Below are positions 27,477-37,005 of a DNA stretch of 64,000 nt, in pieces. The stretch covers positions 30,006 through 94,005 of IMG/VR virus record IMGVR_UViG_2974597119_000001; one strand, written 5' to 3'. The position numbers and the translations under genes are program-made. The notes under the pieces are model-generated. The model had not been told where the DNA came from and ran no database searches. It saw nothing but the letters and a program-made list of their open reading frames with translations. The DNA comes from a virus. Its lineage: Duplodnaviria > Caudoviricetes. Numbering within the stretch: position 1 is the stretch's first letter; each line of letters begins with the position of its first letter.

Positions 27477-27994
27477 GCGTCGCCCTGCTGGGCGGCCGCG
27501 ATGAAGTCGCGGATCTCGTCGTTCCAGACGCCGTAGCGGCGGACCACAGACGTGAACTCCTCCACGTCATGACCGCGCAGGCCGTAGACCGGGTTGCCGT
27601 CCAGGTCGAAGCGCAGCTCGCCGTGGCGGTCGCGCTTTTGCTGGCAATGCGTCAGCTCGTGGAAAACCAGGATCTCGCGGTTGCGCGCGCCGCACTCCTG
27701 CCAGTAGCCCTCGTCCAGCACGACCAGGAAGCGCGGCATGCGGCCCAGCATGCGCTGGATCATCCACTCGAAAACGTCTTTCAGGCCGCCTTGCACCTTG
27801 GGCTCGTAGACCGTGCCCAGGATCATCCGGCCGCCCATGATCTTTTCCTTGCGCCGAAAGAGAAACGCTAAGTCGATCTCATTCTCGACAAGGTGCTCGT
27901 GCTCCGGCATGCGCAGCACGGCATCCACAATGGGCTCGAGCCCGTCGTCGGGCTCGGGTAGGCGGAACAGGTCGAATTCGTCGGGCTCATCCAT
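27473..27994 (-). CDS. Putative phage metallopeptidase
   Basis: LVFHELTH...HDVEEF..VVRRYG. Confidence 0.8.
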   Translation of the reverse strand: MDEPDEFDLFRLPEPDDGLEPIVDAVLRMPEHEHLVENEIDLAFLFRRKEKIMGGRMILGTVYEPKVQGGLKDVFEWMIQRMLGRMPRFLVVLDEGYWQECGARNREILVFHELTHCQQKRDRHGELRFDLDGNPVYGLRGHDVEEFTSVVRRYGVWNDEIRDFIAAAQQGDA

Positions 27995-28000
27995 GCGCCC

Positions 28001-28015
28001 ATTGTGGCGTCACGA
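28001..28015 (-). promoter_or_regulatory. Late promoter motif, leaderless (metallopeptidase)
   Basis: TCGTGAC-GC-CACAAT-N6-ATG. Confidence 0.75.
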
Positions 28016-28038
28016 GTCGGACCCGCGCACCCAGGGCG

Positions 28039-29253
28039 TTACAGGCCGAGCCATGCCCGGATCTGGTTCGCCAGCCATGTGCCTAGGGTGGCGTGGCCGG
28101 CGGTATCCGGGAGAACCCCGTCGGATTTGGTGTAGGCAAGCCCCGTCGGGTCCAGAAAGAGGCACCCATAGGCATCACCCAATTCCTGCTCGACCAACGC
28201 TTTCAGGGTGTCACGGAACTCGATGTGCTTTGCGCTTGGCGCCGCCGGCGCGGTTGGATCCCACGGGCCCACGATGACCATTTGCGGCTCACCCTTACCG
28301 CCTCGCGCCCGGAAAAGAAGGTCTTTGGCCGCAGCATAGAATTCAGCTGCCGTGGACCCCGCCAAGTCCTCCAGGCCGAACGCGACAACCATGATGTGCG
28401 TGTGGCCGGTACCCGGCCAATCAAAATGCGAGCGGTCGACACCCCGATATCGCGTGCCCCCGGCATCGGCGATGTATCCCGTCCCCGCCGATCCCGACGT
28501 GAGAACGTCGTCCATGCCGAGCAGGTCTCCCGCGACAAGAGCAAGGTTGTCGCCGGCGATTGCCGCGCCGTCGCCAGACACAAACCCATCCCCGAAAGCC
28601 AGCATGCGCCAGCGGGGACGCTCCTCCCACTGCATGTCTTCCGGCGCCGCAAGCAAGATCCCGGAGAATGCCTGATCCCCAGTCCCCTCCACGAAGATGT
28701 TTCGAGCCGCGCGCGTGGGGAACTCGATCCGGAACGACTCGACCCCTGGCCCGGCCGTCGACATCACTCCGTCCAGGCTCACGTATTGGCCGTCGACGAT
28801 GAAGCGGTATGGCCGGCTCGATTTGGATACCTGGAACGCGACCACCTGGGCATCCAGGCGCGCGCCAGCGCGCCATACCACGGCATCACGCCCGCCCCCG
28901 ACATTTCCGCCCGTCTCGCCCACCGTGACGCACGGGAACTGCCGGAGCCCGCCAGCGTCCTTGTCGGCCCCGCCGAAATAGTGAATCCAATCGCTGCGGT
29001 TCGCGTAGGTATGGTCCTGCACTGGCAGCTCGGCGCTCACGTCCGCGCCCACCGTAATGATCGGCGGATCGGCCATGACCGGGCTGCCGTGAGGGCTTGG
29101 CAAGCTCGCAGCAGCGGCGATGCGGGCCTTCAACGCCGGCCTATCCCGTAGCCAGTCCGGGATAGGCGGCCGCTTGGCGCCAGCCAGAGCAGACGGCAAA
29201 CCCGGCTCCATCGTCGGAGCCAGCAAGGCATCCAGGAGCACGGGCTTGAGCAT
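28039..29253 (-). CDS. SGNH/GDSL-fold protein with catalytic residues substituted
   Basis: AFGDGF (block I), GSAGTGY (II), FGLED (III), DGVLP (V). Confidence 0.7.
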   Translation of the reverse strand: MLKPVLLDALLAPTMEPGLPSALAGAKRPPIPDWLRDRPALKARIAAAASLPSPHGSPVMADPPIITVGADVSAELPVQDHTYANRSDWIHYFGGADKDAGGLRQFPCVTVGETGGNVGGGRDAVVWRAGARLDAQVVAFQVSKSSRPYRFIVDGQYVSLDGVMSTAGPGVESFRIEFPTRAARNIFVEGTGDQAFSGILLAAPEDMQWEERPRWRMLAFGDGFVSGDGAAIAGDNLALVAGDLLGMDDVLTSGSAGTGYIADAGGTRYRGVDRSHFDWPGTGHTHIMVVAFGLEDLAGSTAAEFYAAAKDLLFRARGGKGEPQMVIVGPWDPTAPAAPSAKHIEFRDTLKALVEQELGDAYGCLFLDPTGLAYTKSDGVLPDTAGHATLGTWLANQIRAWLGL

Positions 29254-29522
29254 CAGGATTTGTCGATCAGACAGTTGCCAGTAGTCGTAGCCACGTTGAA
29301 CGTGCCCGGCACGCCGGGGATGACCGTGGCCGGCCGGTACTGGTTGATTTCACCGATGGGCGTGTAGGTGCCGTCGGCGTTCTTGAAGTTGATCGTAGCC
29401 CGCCAGGGCGGACCGTCGACGCCCGACCGGCGGCCTACCACCATGACGGGAACGCCGCTATCGACGTTGAAATCGGGGGACGTTTGGGCGCCCTCACCAG
29501 GGGATATGAGTGCTTGTGCCAT
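29253..29522 (-). CDS. Small beta-rich late protein (decoration-like?)
   Basis: Leaderless late promoter; coupled to the SGNH gene. Confidence 0.6.
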   Translation of the reverse strand: MAQALISPGEGAQTSPDFNVDSGVPVMVVGRRSGVDGPPWRATINFKNADGTYTPIGEINQYRPATVIPGVPGTFNVATTTGNCLIDKS

Positions 29523-29528
29523 GCCGAG

Positions 29529-29543
29529 ATTGTGCAGTCACGA
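29529..29543 (-). promoter_or_regulatory. Late promoter motif, leaderless
   Basis: TCGTGAC-TG-CACAAT-N6-ATG. Confidence 0.75.
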
Positions 29544-29576
29544 CGCACGTTCCGAAGCGAAAGCTGCATCGACACA

Positions 29577-29876
29577 TCACGCCTTGCCGCTGCGCTTGGC
29601 TTTCTTTTCCTGCTCCTCCCGAACCGCGTCCAGGTGCATCAACGCCTTGTGAAGGTCATCGACCCGCGCCGCCGGCAGCTCGCCGCCATTGGCGATGGTC
29701 CGCGCGAACACCTCGAGCGGGCGCAGCGCCAGGAGCTCATCGTTCAGCGCCGGCGCGCGGCCGCTCCAGAATTCCTCGGCGCGCAGGTCAGCCAGCAGCT
29801 CGACGCGCTCGGCATCGGTCAGCAACTGCGCCGTCTCGACCAGGGCCCGAAGGTTTTTCACGTTGTGGACTTGCAT
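29577..29876 (-). CDS. Hypothetical protein
   Basis: GAGGAG RBS; MQVHNVKN. Confidence 0.55.
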   Translation of the reverse strand: MQVHNVKNLRALVETAQLLTDAERVELLADLRAEEFWSGRAPALNDELLALRPLEVFARTIANGGELPAARVDDLHKALMHLDAVREEQEKKAKRSGKA

Positions 29877-29877
29877 C

Positions 29878-30126
29878 TCATCTCCTCGCGGCCTGCAGCC
29901 GCTCAATTTCGGGTCGCCGCTCGGCGTCCCATATCGCCCGGACTTCCGCCTCGAGCACCTTGCGGGCGGCCGTGCCGCGCCGCCGTTCAATCCTGTCCAG
30001 GTACAGCCGCCGCTCGGCCATCGTCGGCATCCAGGCGATGGACCGCGCCTCGCATTCGTGCCGCCATTCCTCCGACCAGCTCGAGACCTGCCGGCCGTCG
30101 CGCAGCGTGACGACCGGCCGCGTCAA
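29878..30126 (-). CDS. Conserved phage hypothetical protein
   Basis: SEEWRHECEAR...RRG motif. Confidence 0.6.
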   Translation of the reverse strand: MTRPVVTLRDGRQVSSWSEEWRHECEARSIAWMPTMAERRLYLDRIERRRGTAARKVLEAEVRAIWDAERRPEIERLQAARR

Positions 30127-30371
30127 TCACGGCTGGCGTCCTCGGGGCGCTTGCCGATCAGCCGGCCGGGCATGTCGCGCAGATACCGGGGCGCCGCGTC
30201 CAGCGGTATCCACTCGTAGCACGGGCCGCTGTTGGTGCGGATGTAGGCGCCACGGTGCGGGCCGCTCTTGACCGTCTCGAGCACGCGGACGTGCTCAACT
30301 CCACGGATGAACTTGCGGTCGCCGACCTGGGGCCTGGGCCGGGCCGGCGCTGTCGAAATGTGGATGCGCAT
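30123..30371 (-). CDS. Hypothetical protein
   Basis: Operon position. Confidence 0.5.
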   Translation of the reverse strand: MRIHISTAPARPRPQVGDRKFIRGVEHVRVLETVKSGPHRGAYIRTNSGPCYEWIPLDAAPRYLRDMPGRLIGKRPEDASRD

Positions 30372-30374
30372 GGC

Positions 30375-30629
30375 TCAGCCCTCCGCCGGCGCCACCAGCC
30401 CGCGCCACTGGTGCGTTTCGTGCGTGCCCATGATCGACGGCTCAGCCCAGGAATGAACGGCAGGGTCCGCCGTCATCCAGCGCTTGCCGTCCCAAAAGCG
30501 GAACGTGCCGATCAGGCGGCCCTTTGCATTCCAATGCATCAGCCTCGAATTGCGCACCTCGTAGCGGCCCACATGGACTGGGTTCACGTCGCGCGGGAAC
30601 CAGCCCGTTACCTTAGGTTTGTTGATCAT
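30375..30629 (-). CDS. Hypothetical protein (paralog of 27216-27476)
   Basis: VTGWFP..NP.HVGRYE..FWDG..W. Confidence 0.6.
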   Translation of the reverse strand: MINKPKVTGWFPRDVNPVHVGRYEVRNSRLMHWNAKGRLIGTFRFWDGKRWMTADPAVHSWAEPSIMGTHETHQWRGLVAPAEG

Positions 30630-30741
30630 TTTCGGTTCTTGTGCGCCCTATGCGCGCCCTAAACATTGCCGGTTGCCCGGAGACCCGCATAAACGCTTGC
30701 TGTGCGGGGCTAGATAGCCTGACTAACTATCTGGTTTGGAT

Positions 30742-31029
30742 TCACTTGCTCATATTCTGTACTTGCTCGGCCACGATCTCGCTGGGCCATTCCGGCGACT
30801 TGTCAGCGTTCACCATGCAGCGCACGCCGGCATCGATACCGGTCCGCAGCTTGAGCCCGCAGGTGCAGATCACGCGGCTATCGTGGCCCTCGCGCTCGGC
30901 TCCGCAGTTGCTGCAGCGGAACACCTTGCGCCGGTCGAACGTCTCGCGCATCAGCACGCGGCCGAAGCAGGCCCGGCAGACGTGCGGCGTCAGCTTCCAA
31001 TCCCAATTGTCTTGATCTTTTTTGCTCAT
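30742..31029 (-). CDS. Zn-finger protein
   Basis: CRAC, CSNC, CTC. Confidence 0.65.
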   Translation of the reverse strand: MSKKDQDNWDWKLTPHVCRACFGRVLMRETFDRRKVFRCSNCGAEREGHDSRVICTCGLKLRTGIDAGVRCMVNADKSPEWPSEIVAEQVQNMSK

Positions 31030-31550
31030 TACCAAAGCCTCAACTGCGACGGCGCGCCCCGGATCTCGCCACGGAACGAGAAGCGCGCATGCCGGTCGGC
31101 ATCGCGCAGCGTTGCCACGATCAGCTCATCGGTCGCGGCCGACAAATCGAGCTCGAGCCGCTTTGGCTCGCCGCCCTCGAGGTAGTAGATGCGTCGCCGC
31201 GACAGCGGGCGCACCTTCACCGGCTTCGCGCCCTTCGCGTTCTTGCCGATGCGCACCTCGCGCTCGCGGTTGTAGCAGCTCACGCACACATGGCCCCGGA
31301 TCAGGCGCGCGGCGATGCGATGGCAGCGGCCGCAGATCGTCGTGCCCTTGAGCGGCGACATGGACGCGGCAGTCTCGCCAGCATGCACGGCGCCCAGCGG
31401 GCAGACGCGGCATTTGAATTGCTGCTCGCTGCCCTCGTGGTTCGCCTTACGCCACATGCCGGCGCACGACGTGACGCTGAGCGTGGCGCTGTAGCGGTCG
31501 CATCGGAAGTACTGACCCGGTGCGCCCTCGATTTTGAAGTACTCGACCAT
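31029..31550 (-). CDS. Multi-Cys Zn-finger protein, possible regulator
   Basis: CRVC, CGRC, CVSC. Confidence 0.65.
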   Translation of the reverse strand: MVEYFKIEGAPGQYFRCDRYSATLSVTSCAGMWRKANHEGSEQQFKCRVCPLGAVHAGETAASMSPLKGTTICGRCHRIAARLIRGHVCVSCYNREREVRIGKNAKGAKPVKVRPLSRRRIYYLEGGEPKRLELDLSAATDELIVATLRDADRHARFSFRGEIRGAPSQLRLW

Positions 31551-31729
31551 TCCGGCCCCAATTGATCAAACGCTGACCAATTTTATCACGGTGGCCGTCG
31601 CTTATTTCAAACAGCACGAGAAGAATAGCGCGGATACAACAGTTGGTTGCGTGCGCTTTGGTGATCGCGAGCGATGCAGCGTGATAGCTCGGGATGCTTT
31701 TCGAGGGTTATCCCTGCTTTGCAGGGCAG

Positions 31730-31998
31730 GATACCGTGGCCCGCTGATTGATACCGCTCGGTTCCCGGTTCGGTATCCAACTTTTCCCTTTCAAATCATG
31801 CCCCTAGAAGAAGAAGATACCAAGATACCAAGAAATAATAATAAAGGGATCATGTGAGGTGGGTGCCTTTGTGCATGTATGTCGCGCGATGCGCATGCAT
31901 GTACATGACGTGTTTGTATGTATCCCTCCGGGTATCCGGTATCCGGTATCCTCTTTAAAATCATGCACTTGCGAGCGGGTCGCTGATACCGTGGTATC
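31730..31998. repeat. GATACC/GGTATC iteron cluster, candidate replication origin
   Basis: 10 exact copies in both orientations around an AT-rich core, in a non-coding divergence point. Confidence 0.6.
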
Positions 31999-32036
31999 CG
32001 AACAGCTCAATTCCGATACGAATTCACGCGCTACCG

Positions 32037-32102
32037 CTATCGGTTGATCGAATCCGATTAACACAATCAATTGGGCTAATCCTTCGCATCCGCGCACCAT
32101 AG
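32037..32102 (+). promoter_or_regulatory. Early promoter repeat, copy 1
   Basis: CTATCGG...CAATTGG...TTCGC...GCGCACCATAG. Confidence 0.5.
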
Positions 32103-32139
32103 AGGCGTGGCCGATGACCGGCCGGTAATTGGAACCGAC

Positions 32140-32925
32140 ATGATCACCCAAACCTACTACGTTTCGACGGGTCGCAAGAACGCGATGTACACGCTGCGGT
32201 GCCGCCGCGATGTTGTCGGTCAGGCTCCAGTGCTGCGCGACTACATGCCCGACTTCTACCTGTGCAACCTCGCCGCGACCGAAGATAAGGCCGTCGAAAA
32301 GGCGCGCGAATACATGGAAGCGATGCGCATCCGGATCGGTGAGAGCGACGGGTTCAAGATCGAATTCGATGAATACCCCGACCACGAGGCATTCAAGCGG
32401 CGCGGCAAGCTGTCGGTGCGCGACACGCGCTCGATGCAGTTGATCGAGGCAGGCGTGTTCCCGTTCGGTAAGCACCGTGGCGAGCTGATCGCCGAGGCCC
32501 CGGATTCCTACGTGCTGTTCTTCGCCGACAAGACCCGCGACGCCGACGAGCCGGTCATGGCCGCGCTCGCCGCCGCGTGCATGGGCGTTGCGCTCGAAAA
32601 GGGCCTGATCGCCAAGCGCGACGCCCGCCGCGCCGAACAAGCTGCCCAGGACGCGAAGTCCAACTTCGTCGGCGCCGTCGGCGAGCGCCGCGACTTCGAG
32701 GGCGAGTTGTTCGTCTGCTTCGAGAAGAAGATCCGGTACGGCTCGGAAGAGTTCACCGACTACTGGGTCAACAAGGTTCGCATCGGTGACGACATCGTGA
32801 CCTATCTCGGCGGCAAGCCGCTGGGCGAGCGCGGCGCCATCATCAAATTCCGCGCAACCATCAAGAAGCACAACGAATACCAAGGCGTGAAGACGACTAT
32901 CGTCAACCGCCCCTCCGCCGCCTGA
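32140..32925 (+). CDS. Hypothetical protein (FPFGKH motif plus OB-like C-terminus)
   Basis: FPFGKHRGE; FRATIKKHNEYQGVKTTIVNRP. Confidence 0.7.
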   Translation: MITQTYYVSTGRKNAMYTLRCRRDVVGQAPVLRDYMPDFYLCNLAATEDKAVEKAREYMEAMRIRIGESDGFKIEFDEYPDHEAFKRRGKLSVRDTRSMQLIEAGVFPFGKHRGELIAEAPDSYVLFFADKTRDADEPVMAALAAACMGVALEKGLIAKRDARRAEQAAQDAKSNFVGAVGERRDFEGELFVCFEKKIRYGSEEFTDYWVNKVRIGDDIVTYLGGKPLGERGAIIKFRATIKKHNEYQGVKTTIVNRPSAA

Positions 32926-32966
32926 TCAACCCGCCCGGTTCGCGCCGGGCCCTCTATCCATCAAAT

Positions 32967-33371
32967 ATGATCACTACCATCCTTCGCGCACCCACCGGCG
33001 CCGGCATCCACTACTGCGCCCTGCAGCTCGCTGAGCGAGCCCGCATCGCCAACGAATACGTCGCCCCGGTCGCCGTCATCGTCCCTCCGATCAAAGAGCT
33101 GATCGAGCAATGGAAGCGCATCGCCGGCGGTCTGGATATCCTCGTCAACGTCTACCGGCCGAACGAATGGAAGCGGCTTCGCGCCGGCCAGGGAAATGGC
33201 ATCGTTCTGGTCAATGAACTGCGGTGGCATCACCTCAACCCGATCTTGCAAGCGCTGCAGGACGACACGCACGAGCACTGGTTGCTCAACCCGCCGCTCG
33301 AGATCGAGATCGAGATAGGCGTGAACCTGCAGCCGCGCCCGCCGCGCCGGATAGATGGGAAGGGCGTATGA
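32967..33371 (+). CDS. Hypothetical protein
   Basis: ORF in early cluster. Confidence 0.5.
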   Translation: MITTILRAPTGAGIHYCALQLAERARIANEYVAPVAVIVPPIKELIEQWKRIAGGLDILVNVYRPNEWKRLRAGQGNGIVLVNELRWHHLNPILQALQDDTHEHWLLNPPLEIEIEIGVNLQPRPPRRIDGKGV

Positions 33372-33676
33372 CGCCCCGCCAGCGCCGCGACTGGATCCTC
33401 GCCCACATGCGCGAGCGGCCGCGTGAGAGCTTCGACGTGCTCAACAGCGATTTCGTCTATGCCTACGCCGAAGCCACGGACGCGCCGGTCGCGCTGCAGA
33501 TGTTCGGTGCGCCGAAATGCCAGCAGCTCGGCCGAGACCTGGGCGAGCTCCACAAGCGCGGCCACCTCAAGCGCAACGCCACCGGGTTGCCCGCCGGCGA
33601 CTCGAGCATGGGATTCCCGAAGTGGGTCTACTGCTACCGGCTTCGAGCGATTGAATCTGACTATCTGCCCGATTGA
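33368..33676 (+). CDS. Hypothetical protein
   Basis: ATGA overlap. Confidence 0.55.
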   Translation: MTPRQRRDWILAHMRERPRESFDVLNSDFVYAYAEATDAPVALQMFGAPKCQQLGRDLGELHKRGHLKRNATGLPAGDSSMGFPKWVYCYRLRAIESDYLPD

Positions 33677-33717
33677 AAAATTCAATCGAGATGTTGCGCG
33701 CCTACAACCCGCAAAGG

Positions 33718-33739
33718 TTCGCGCAAGCGCATCATAGAA
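33718..33739 (+). promoter_or_regulatory. Early promoter repeat, copy 2
   Basis: TTCGCGCAAGCGCATCATAGAA. Confidence 0.55.
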
Positions 33740-33771
33740 CCGTGCTGATTGAATTTGATTAGGAGCGAATC

Positions 33772-34017
33772 ATGAAGATCGTAAGCGAAGTGATCCAGCC
33801 CGACGCCAGCGCCTGGAGCGCGCTGGTTGAGGTGCGCGGCGTGTTGTTCCGCGCCTCCTACGTCGCCAACCGGCTGAGCTGCGGTCTCGCTCCCTACAAG
33901 CACGCGCCGCGCCGCCCCCGCTGGTATCTCGAATCGGTGCAGCGCTGGGCCGAGAAGCAAGTCGCCGCCCTGCCGGCCGAATGGATGCAGATGCACCGCG
34001 AGCTGTACCCCGCCTGA
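33772..34017 (+). CDS. Hypothetical protein
   Basis: TTAGGAG RBS. Confidence 0.65.
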   Translation: MKIVSEVIQPDASAWSALVEVRGVLFRASYVANRLSCGLAPYKHAPRRPRWYLESVQRWAEKQVAALPAEWMQMHRELYPA

Positions 34018-34058
34018 TAACCAACCCCGGGCCCTGCGGGGCCCATAGGAGAAAGGAC

Positions 34059-34307
34059 ATGAACCAACGCCAACGCCACACCATCGAACAGATCGCGGCT
34101 CGCCTGAAGAAGCCGCACGCCGGCGCGTCCGTAGGCGGCCCCTTGGACAGCGAAGAGGTCAACAAGGCTATCGAGCTGTTGCAGAGCAAGGGCTTTGAAG
34201 TCACCAGCAGGCTCTATCTCAACACCTGGGTTATCCCGCCGCTGGATCTCATGCTGTCCGATGCCGCGCACGACCAGAAACTCGCGTTGGACCTGTCGCG
34301 CCCCTAA
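34059..34307 (+). CDS. Hypothetical protein
   Basis: GAAAGGAC RBS. Confidence 0.6.
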   Translation: MNQRQRHTIEQIAARLKKPHAGASVGGPLDSEEVNKAIELLQSKGFEVTSRLYLNTWVIPPLDLMLSDAAHDQKLALDLSRP

Positions 34308-34345
34308 CCTCCCGCCCGCCGCGCGCGGGCCCACCAGGAACCACC

Positions 34346-34735
34346 ATGAAAGAACGCAAGACTGTCACCCGCGAGGGCCTGCAGTTCAAAGTCATGAGCT
34401 CGCGCGAACGTGTCGCCGAGCTCGGCGGCCGCCACTTCTACTGCATCGGTCGCGACGCCGACGGCTGGACGCTGTTCGAGCACGACCAGGACATCACCGT
34501 CCACGGCAGCGCGACGCCGCTGGGCCGCCGGTTCGAGCGCCTGCTGGATACCAAGGCGCTGGTCGCCGAGATCCGCCGGCTGGTCGAGACGGACGAGGTG
34601 CTGCCCGCCGATTGCCGCCCGCCGTGGGAGATCGACGCGCGCCGCCACGATGCGAACCAAGCCGCGCTCGCTGAGCAGCGCAGCGGAGCCGGCCTGTCCC
34701 AGCCCACGCGCCATCCGTGCGGCGCCCCCATCTGA
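34346..34735 (+). CDS. Hypothetical protein
   Basis: CAGGAA RBS. Confidence 0.6.
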   Translation: MKERKTVTREGLQFKVMSSRERVAELGGRHFYCIGRDADGWTLFEHDQDITVHGSATPLGRRFERLLDTKALVAEIRRLVETDEVLPADCRPPWEIDARRHDANQAALAEQRSGAGLSQPTRHPCGAPI

Positions 34736-34751
34736 TCCACCAGGAACCGAC

Positions 34752-34955
34752 ATGAAAATCTACACGAGCCCAGGCAGCGGCGACTACTTCGATGGCAGCG
34801 ATAACTACGGCCCCCTTGGATTCCGTCTGCTGGGCGACCGCAGGTTCTGGATGGCCTGGGCAAATGTGGGCGCCGCCGGCGAAAACAGGGTCTCTCGCGC
34901 CGTGATGGACGACTTTGGCACGCTGGTCGAGACCGCTCGCTTGGAGACCGCATGA
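34752..34955 (+). CDS. Hypothetical protein
   Basis: CAGGAA RBS. Confidence 0.55.
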   Translation: MKIYTSPGSGDYFDGSDNYGPLGFRLLGDRRFWMAWANVGAAGENRVSRAVMDDFGTLVETARLETA

Positions 34956-35257
34956 ACGCCCACCAACGCCGCAAGGCCCGCCGCCAGGACGCGCGGGACT
35001 ACCCGGGCCTGCACCCGTATCAGATTCGCGCGATCAAGAAGATGCGTCGGGGCACCGCGCGCCTGCCAGCACCGTACATCTATTTTCGGCAAGGCGCCGG
35101 CAAGACCATCACATTCCCGCCGGGCACCGCGATCTACTGCCAGCAGTTTGGCCGCTCGCTGCGCCCGGAATACATCCCCGACCTCATCGGCTACGTGAAC
35201 GGCCGCCGTATCGAGGCCGACGTTGCCGCCCCCACCACCAACCAGGAAAGGACATGA
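34952..35257 (+). CDS. Hypothetical protein
   Basis: ATGA overlap; MNAHQRRK. Confidence 0.55.
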   Translation: MNAHQRRKARRQDARDYPGLHPYQIRAIKKMRRGTARLPAPYIYFRQGAGKTITFPPGTAIYCQQFGRSLRPEYIPDLIGYVNGRRIEADVAAPTTNQERT

Positions 35258-35625
35258 CGAAACAGCACAAGCAACCCTGCCGCGCCTGCCCGTGGCGCCG
35301 TGACAACCAAGCGCCCGGCTGGCTCGGCAACTCGACGCCCGGCGAATTCCTGCAGCAGTCCGACGCCGGCATCCGCATGCCATGCCATGAGGCCGTCGAC
35401 TACGAGCGAGCCGACTGGGAGCAGCAGGCCGCCGAGGCGCCGCAGTGCGCCGGCCGCGCGATCCACCTGAGCAACCGCTGCCAGCACGTCGAGCCCGGCA
35501 TCCTGAAACTGCCGGCCGACCACAAGCTGGTTTTCACTCGGCCGCACGAGTTCATCGCACACCACACCAACGTCGACCCGGCCACGCTGGAGCAGACGAT
35601 GATCTTCGATCTGTACAACCTCTGA
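35254..35625 (+). CDS. Cys/His-rich phage protein
   Basis: PCRACPWR...PCH...CAG. Confidence 0.65.
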   Translation: MTKQHKQPCRACPWRRDNQAPGWLGNSTPGEFLQQSDAGIRMPCHEAVDYERADWEQQAAEAPQCAGRAIHLSNRCQHVEPGILKLPADHKLVFTRPHEFIAHHTNVDPATLEQTMIFDLYNL

Positions 35626-35636
35626 CAGGAAAGGAC

Positions 35637-36035
35637 ATGACCCCGAACCAACTGACCCAACCCTACAACGTTGCCATCAGCAGCACCTGCAGCGGCGCCT
35701 CGCCCGTTATCTACGAGCAGTGTCAAGATCCGGACACCGGCGAGAACTGGAATCGCGAGCTCGGGCAAACCAACACTGCGTTCGTCGCGGACTACGACAA
35801 CGCAGCCAAAGCCGTAACCTGGAACGAGGAACCGCACTCGTTCAAGCTCACCGACGAAGGCCAGGAGAGCATCGCCCTTGCCTACTTGTTCGCCGCCGCG
35901 CCGACGATGCGCGACGCATTGCGCGAGGTTCTGCGTACCAGCCATGACGCGAAGCTGCGCGGGCTGGCGATGGCCGCGCTCGACGCCACCGCGCCGCCGT
36001 CCGAGCTGCCCCAGGCTGACCCGGAAACCTGTTAG
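35637..36035 (+). CDS. Hypothetical protein
   Basis: GAAAGGAC RBS; LFAAAP motif. Confidence 0.6.
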   Translation: MTPNQLTQPYNVAISSTCSGASPVIYEQCQDPDTGENWNRELGQTNTAFVADYDNAAKAVTWNEEPHSFKLTDEGQESIALAYLFAAAPTMRDALREVLRTSHDAKLRGLAMAALDATAPPSELPQADPETC

Positions 36036-36042
36036 CCTGCAA

Positions 36043-36110
36043 CTATCGGCTGCGCATACAACATTGCAACAACCAATTGGCCTAATCGTTCGCGCAAGCG
36101 CACCATAGAA
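36043..36110 (+). promoter_or_regulatory. Early promoter repeat, copy 3
   Basis: CTATCGGCTG...AACCAATTGG...TTCGCGCAAGCGCACCATAGAA. Confidence 0.6.
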
Positions 36111-36135
36111 TCGTAGTGATCGACAACGCACCGGA

Positions 36136-36360
36136 GTGAACGACATGAAAGTGGGCGACAAAGTCAAAGTGATCCGCACGCCGGACAGCTTTTACAACAG
36201 GGTTTTGTGGTGGCCTGACAGCGGCATGACTGGAACCGTCGAAGCTATCTTCAAGAATGGCTCCATCCGCGTGGCTTGCGATCAACTGCGGAACAAATCC
36301 GAAGACGGCAAGATTTCCAAGACGTTCAAGAAAGACGAAATGCGGTACGAAGCCATCTAA
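36136..36360 (+). CDS. Small SH3/KOW-like protein
   Basis: MKVGDKVKV...GMTGTVEAI. Confidence 0.6.
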   Translation: MNDMKVGDKVKVIRTPDSFYNRVLWWPDSGMTGTVEAIFKNGSIRVACDQLRNKSEDGKISKTFKKDEMRYEAI

Positions 36361-36401
36361 CAGACAACCCCGCCCCGGTTCGCCGGGGCAGCACTGAGGA
36401 A

Positions 36402-36605
36402 ATGATCATGAAGGAAACGAAGATCACGCCGGTTATGCGCGATGCGCTGGAACGCGTAGCGCGCGGCCTTAGCCTTCGCGGCTATGCGCATGCGTCCACT
36501 TATTGGGCGCTGCGACGCAAGGGGCTGATTTTCGATTCGGAAACGATCACCGATGCAGGCCGCGCAGCTATCGGCCTGTCGCCCGCCCAACCGGGGCAGC
36601 ACTGA
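36402..36605 (+). CDS. Small wHTH-like protein
   Basis: ALRRKGLI...ITDAGRAA. Confidence 0.55.
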   Translation: MIMKETKITPVMRDALERVARGLSLRGYAHASTYWALRRKGLIFDSETITDAGRAAIGLSPAQPGQH

Positions 36606-36609
36606 GGGA

Positions 36610-36756
36610 ATGACCATGCACACCTGGACCATCACCACGACGACCGCCGGAACTTTCAACGTGAGCGCCAGCTCGCGCGACGCCGCTATGCGCACCGCCG
36701 CCGACCTGCTGGAAAGCTGGGGCTACGATGACGCGCGCATTCTGAGCGTCGCCTGA
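36610..36756 (+). CDS. Hypothetical protein
   Basis: GAGGG RBS. Confidence 0.5.
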   Translation: MTMHTWTITTTTAGTFNVSASSRDAAMRTAADLLESWGYDDARILSVA

Positions 36757-37005
36757 CAGCCCCGGCTCATGCCCCGCGTGCGGAGACAGCTATGACCATG
36801 AACAGACGAAAAGACGATATCGCAGACCGCGCCCCCTTGCAGTCGTACCTGTATGTCGCCTTCGTCGCTCTCCTGGCGCTGGTGTGTACCGCAGAGCTGG
36901 TGCTGCTGCTGCTCGATCTCAGTTTGTAAACCGACAGCCCCGGCTCTGGCCGCGTGACAGGCGGCTATCACAGGCGCTGTGCCTGATCCCCTACAGGAGA
37001 ATTCC

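Larger units (their letters stand above)
9499..30661. repeat. Dispersed TAGGGCGC-N3-TAGGGCGC pairs: 9499-9518(+), 10945-10953(+, single), 14628-14647(+), 18445-18464(+), 22088-22106(+), 25791-25809(-), 30642-30661(-)
   Basis: Read directly; all at or near gene boundaries; same consensus as the attP-flanking repeats. Confidence 0.75.
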
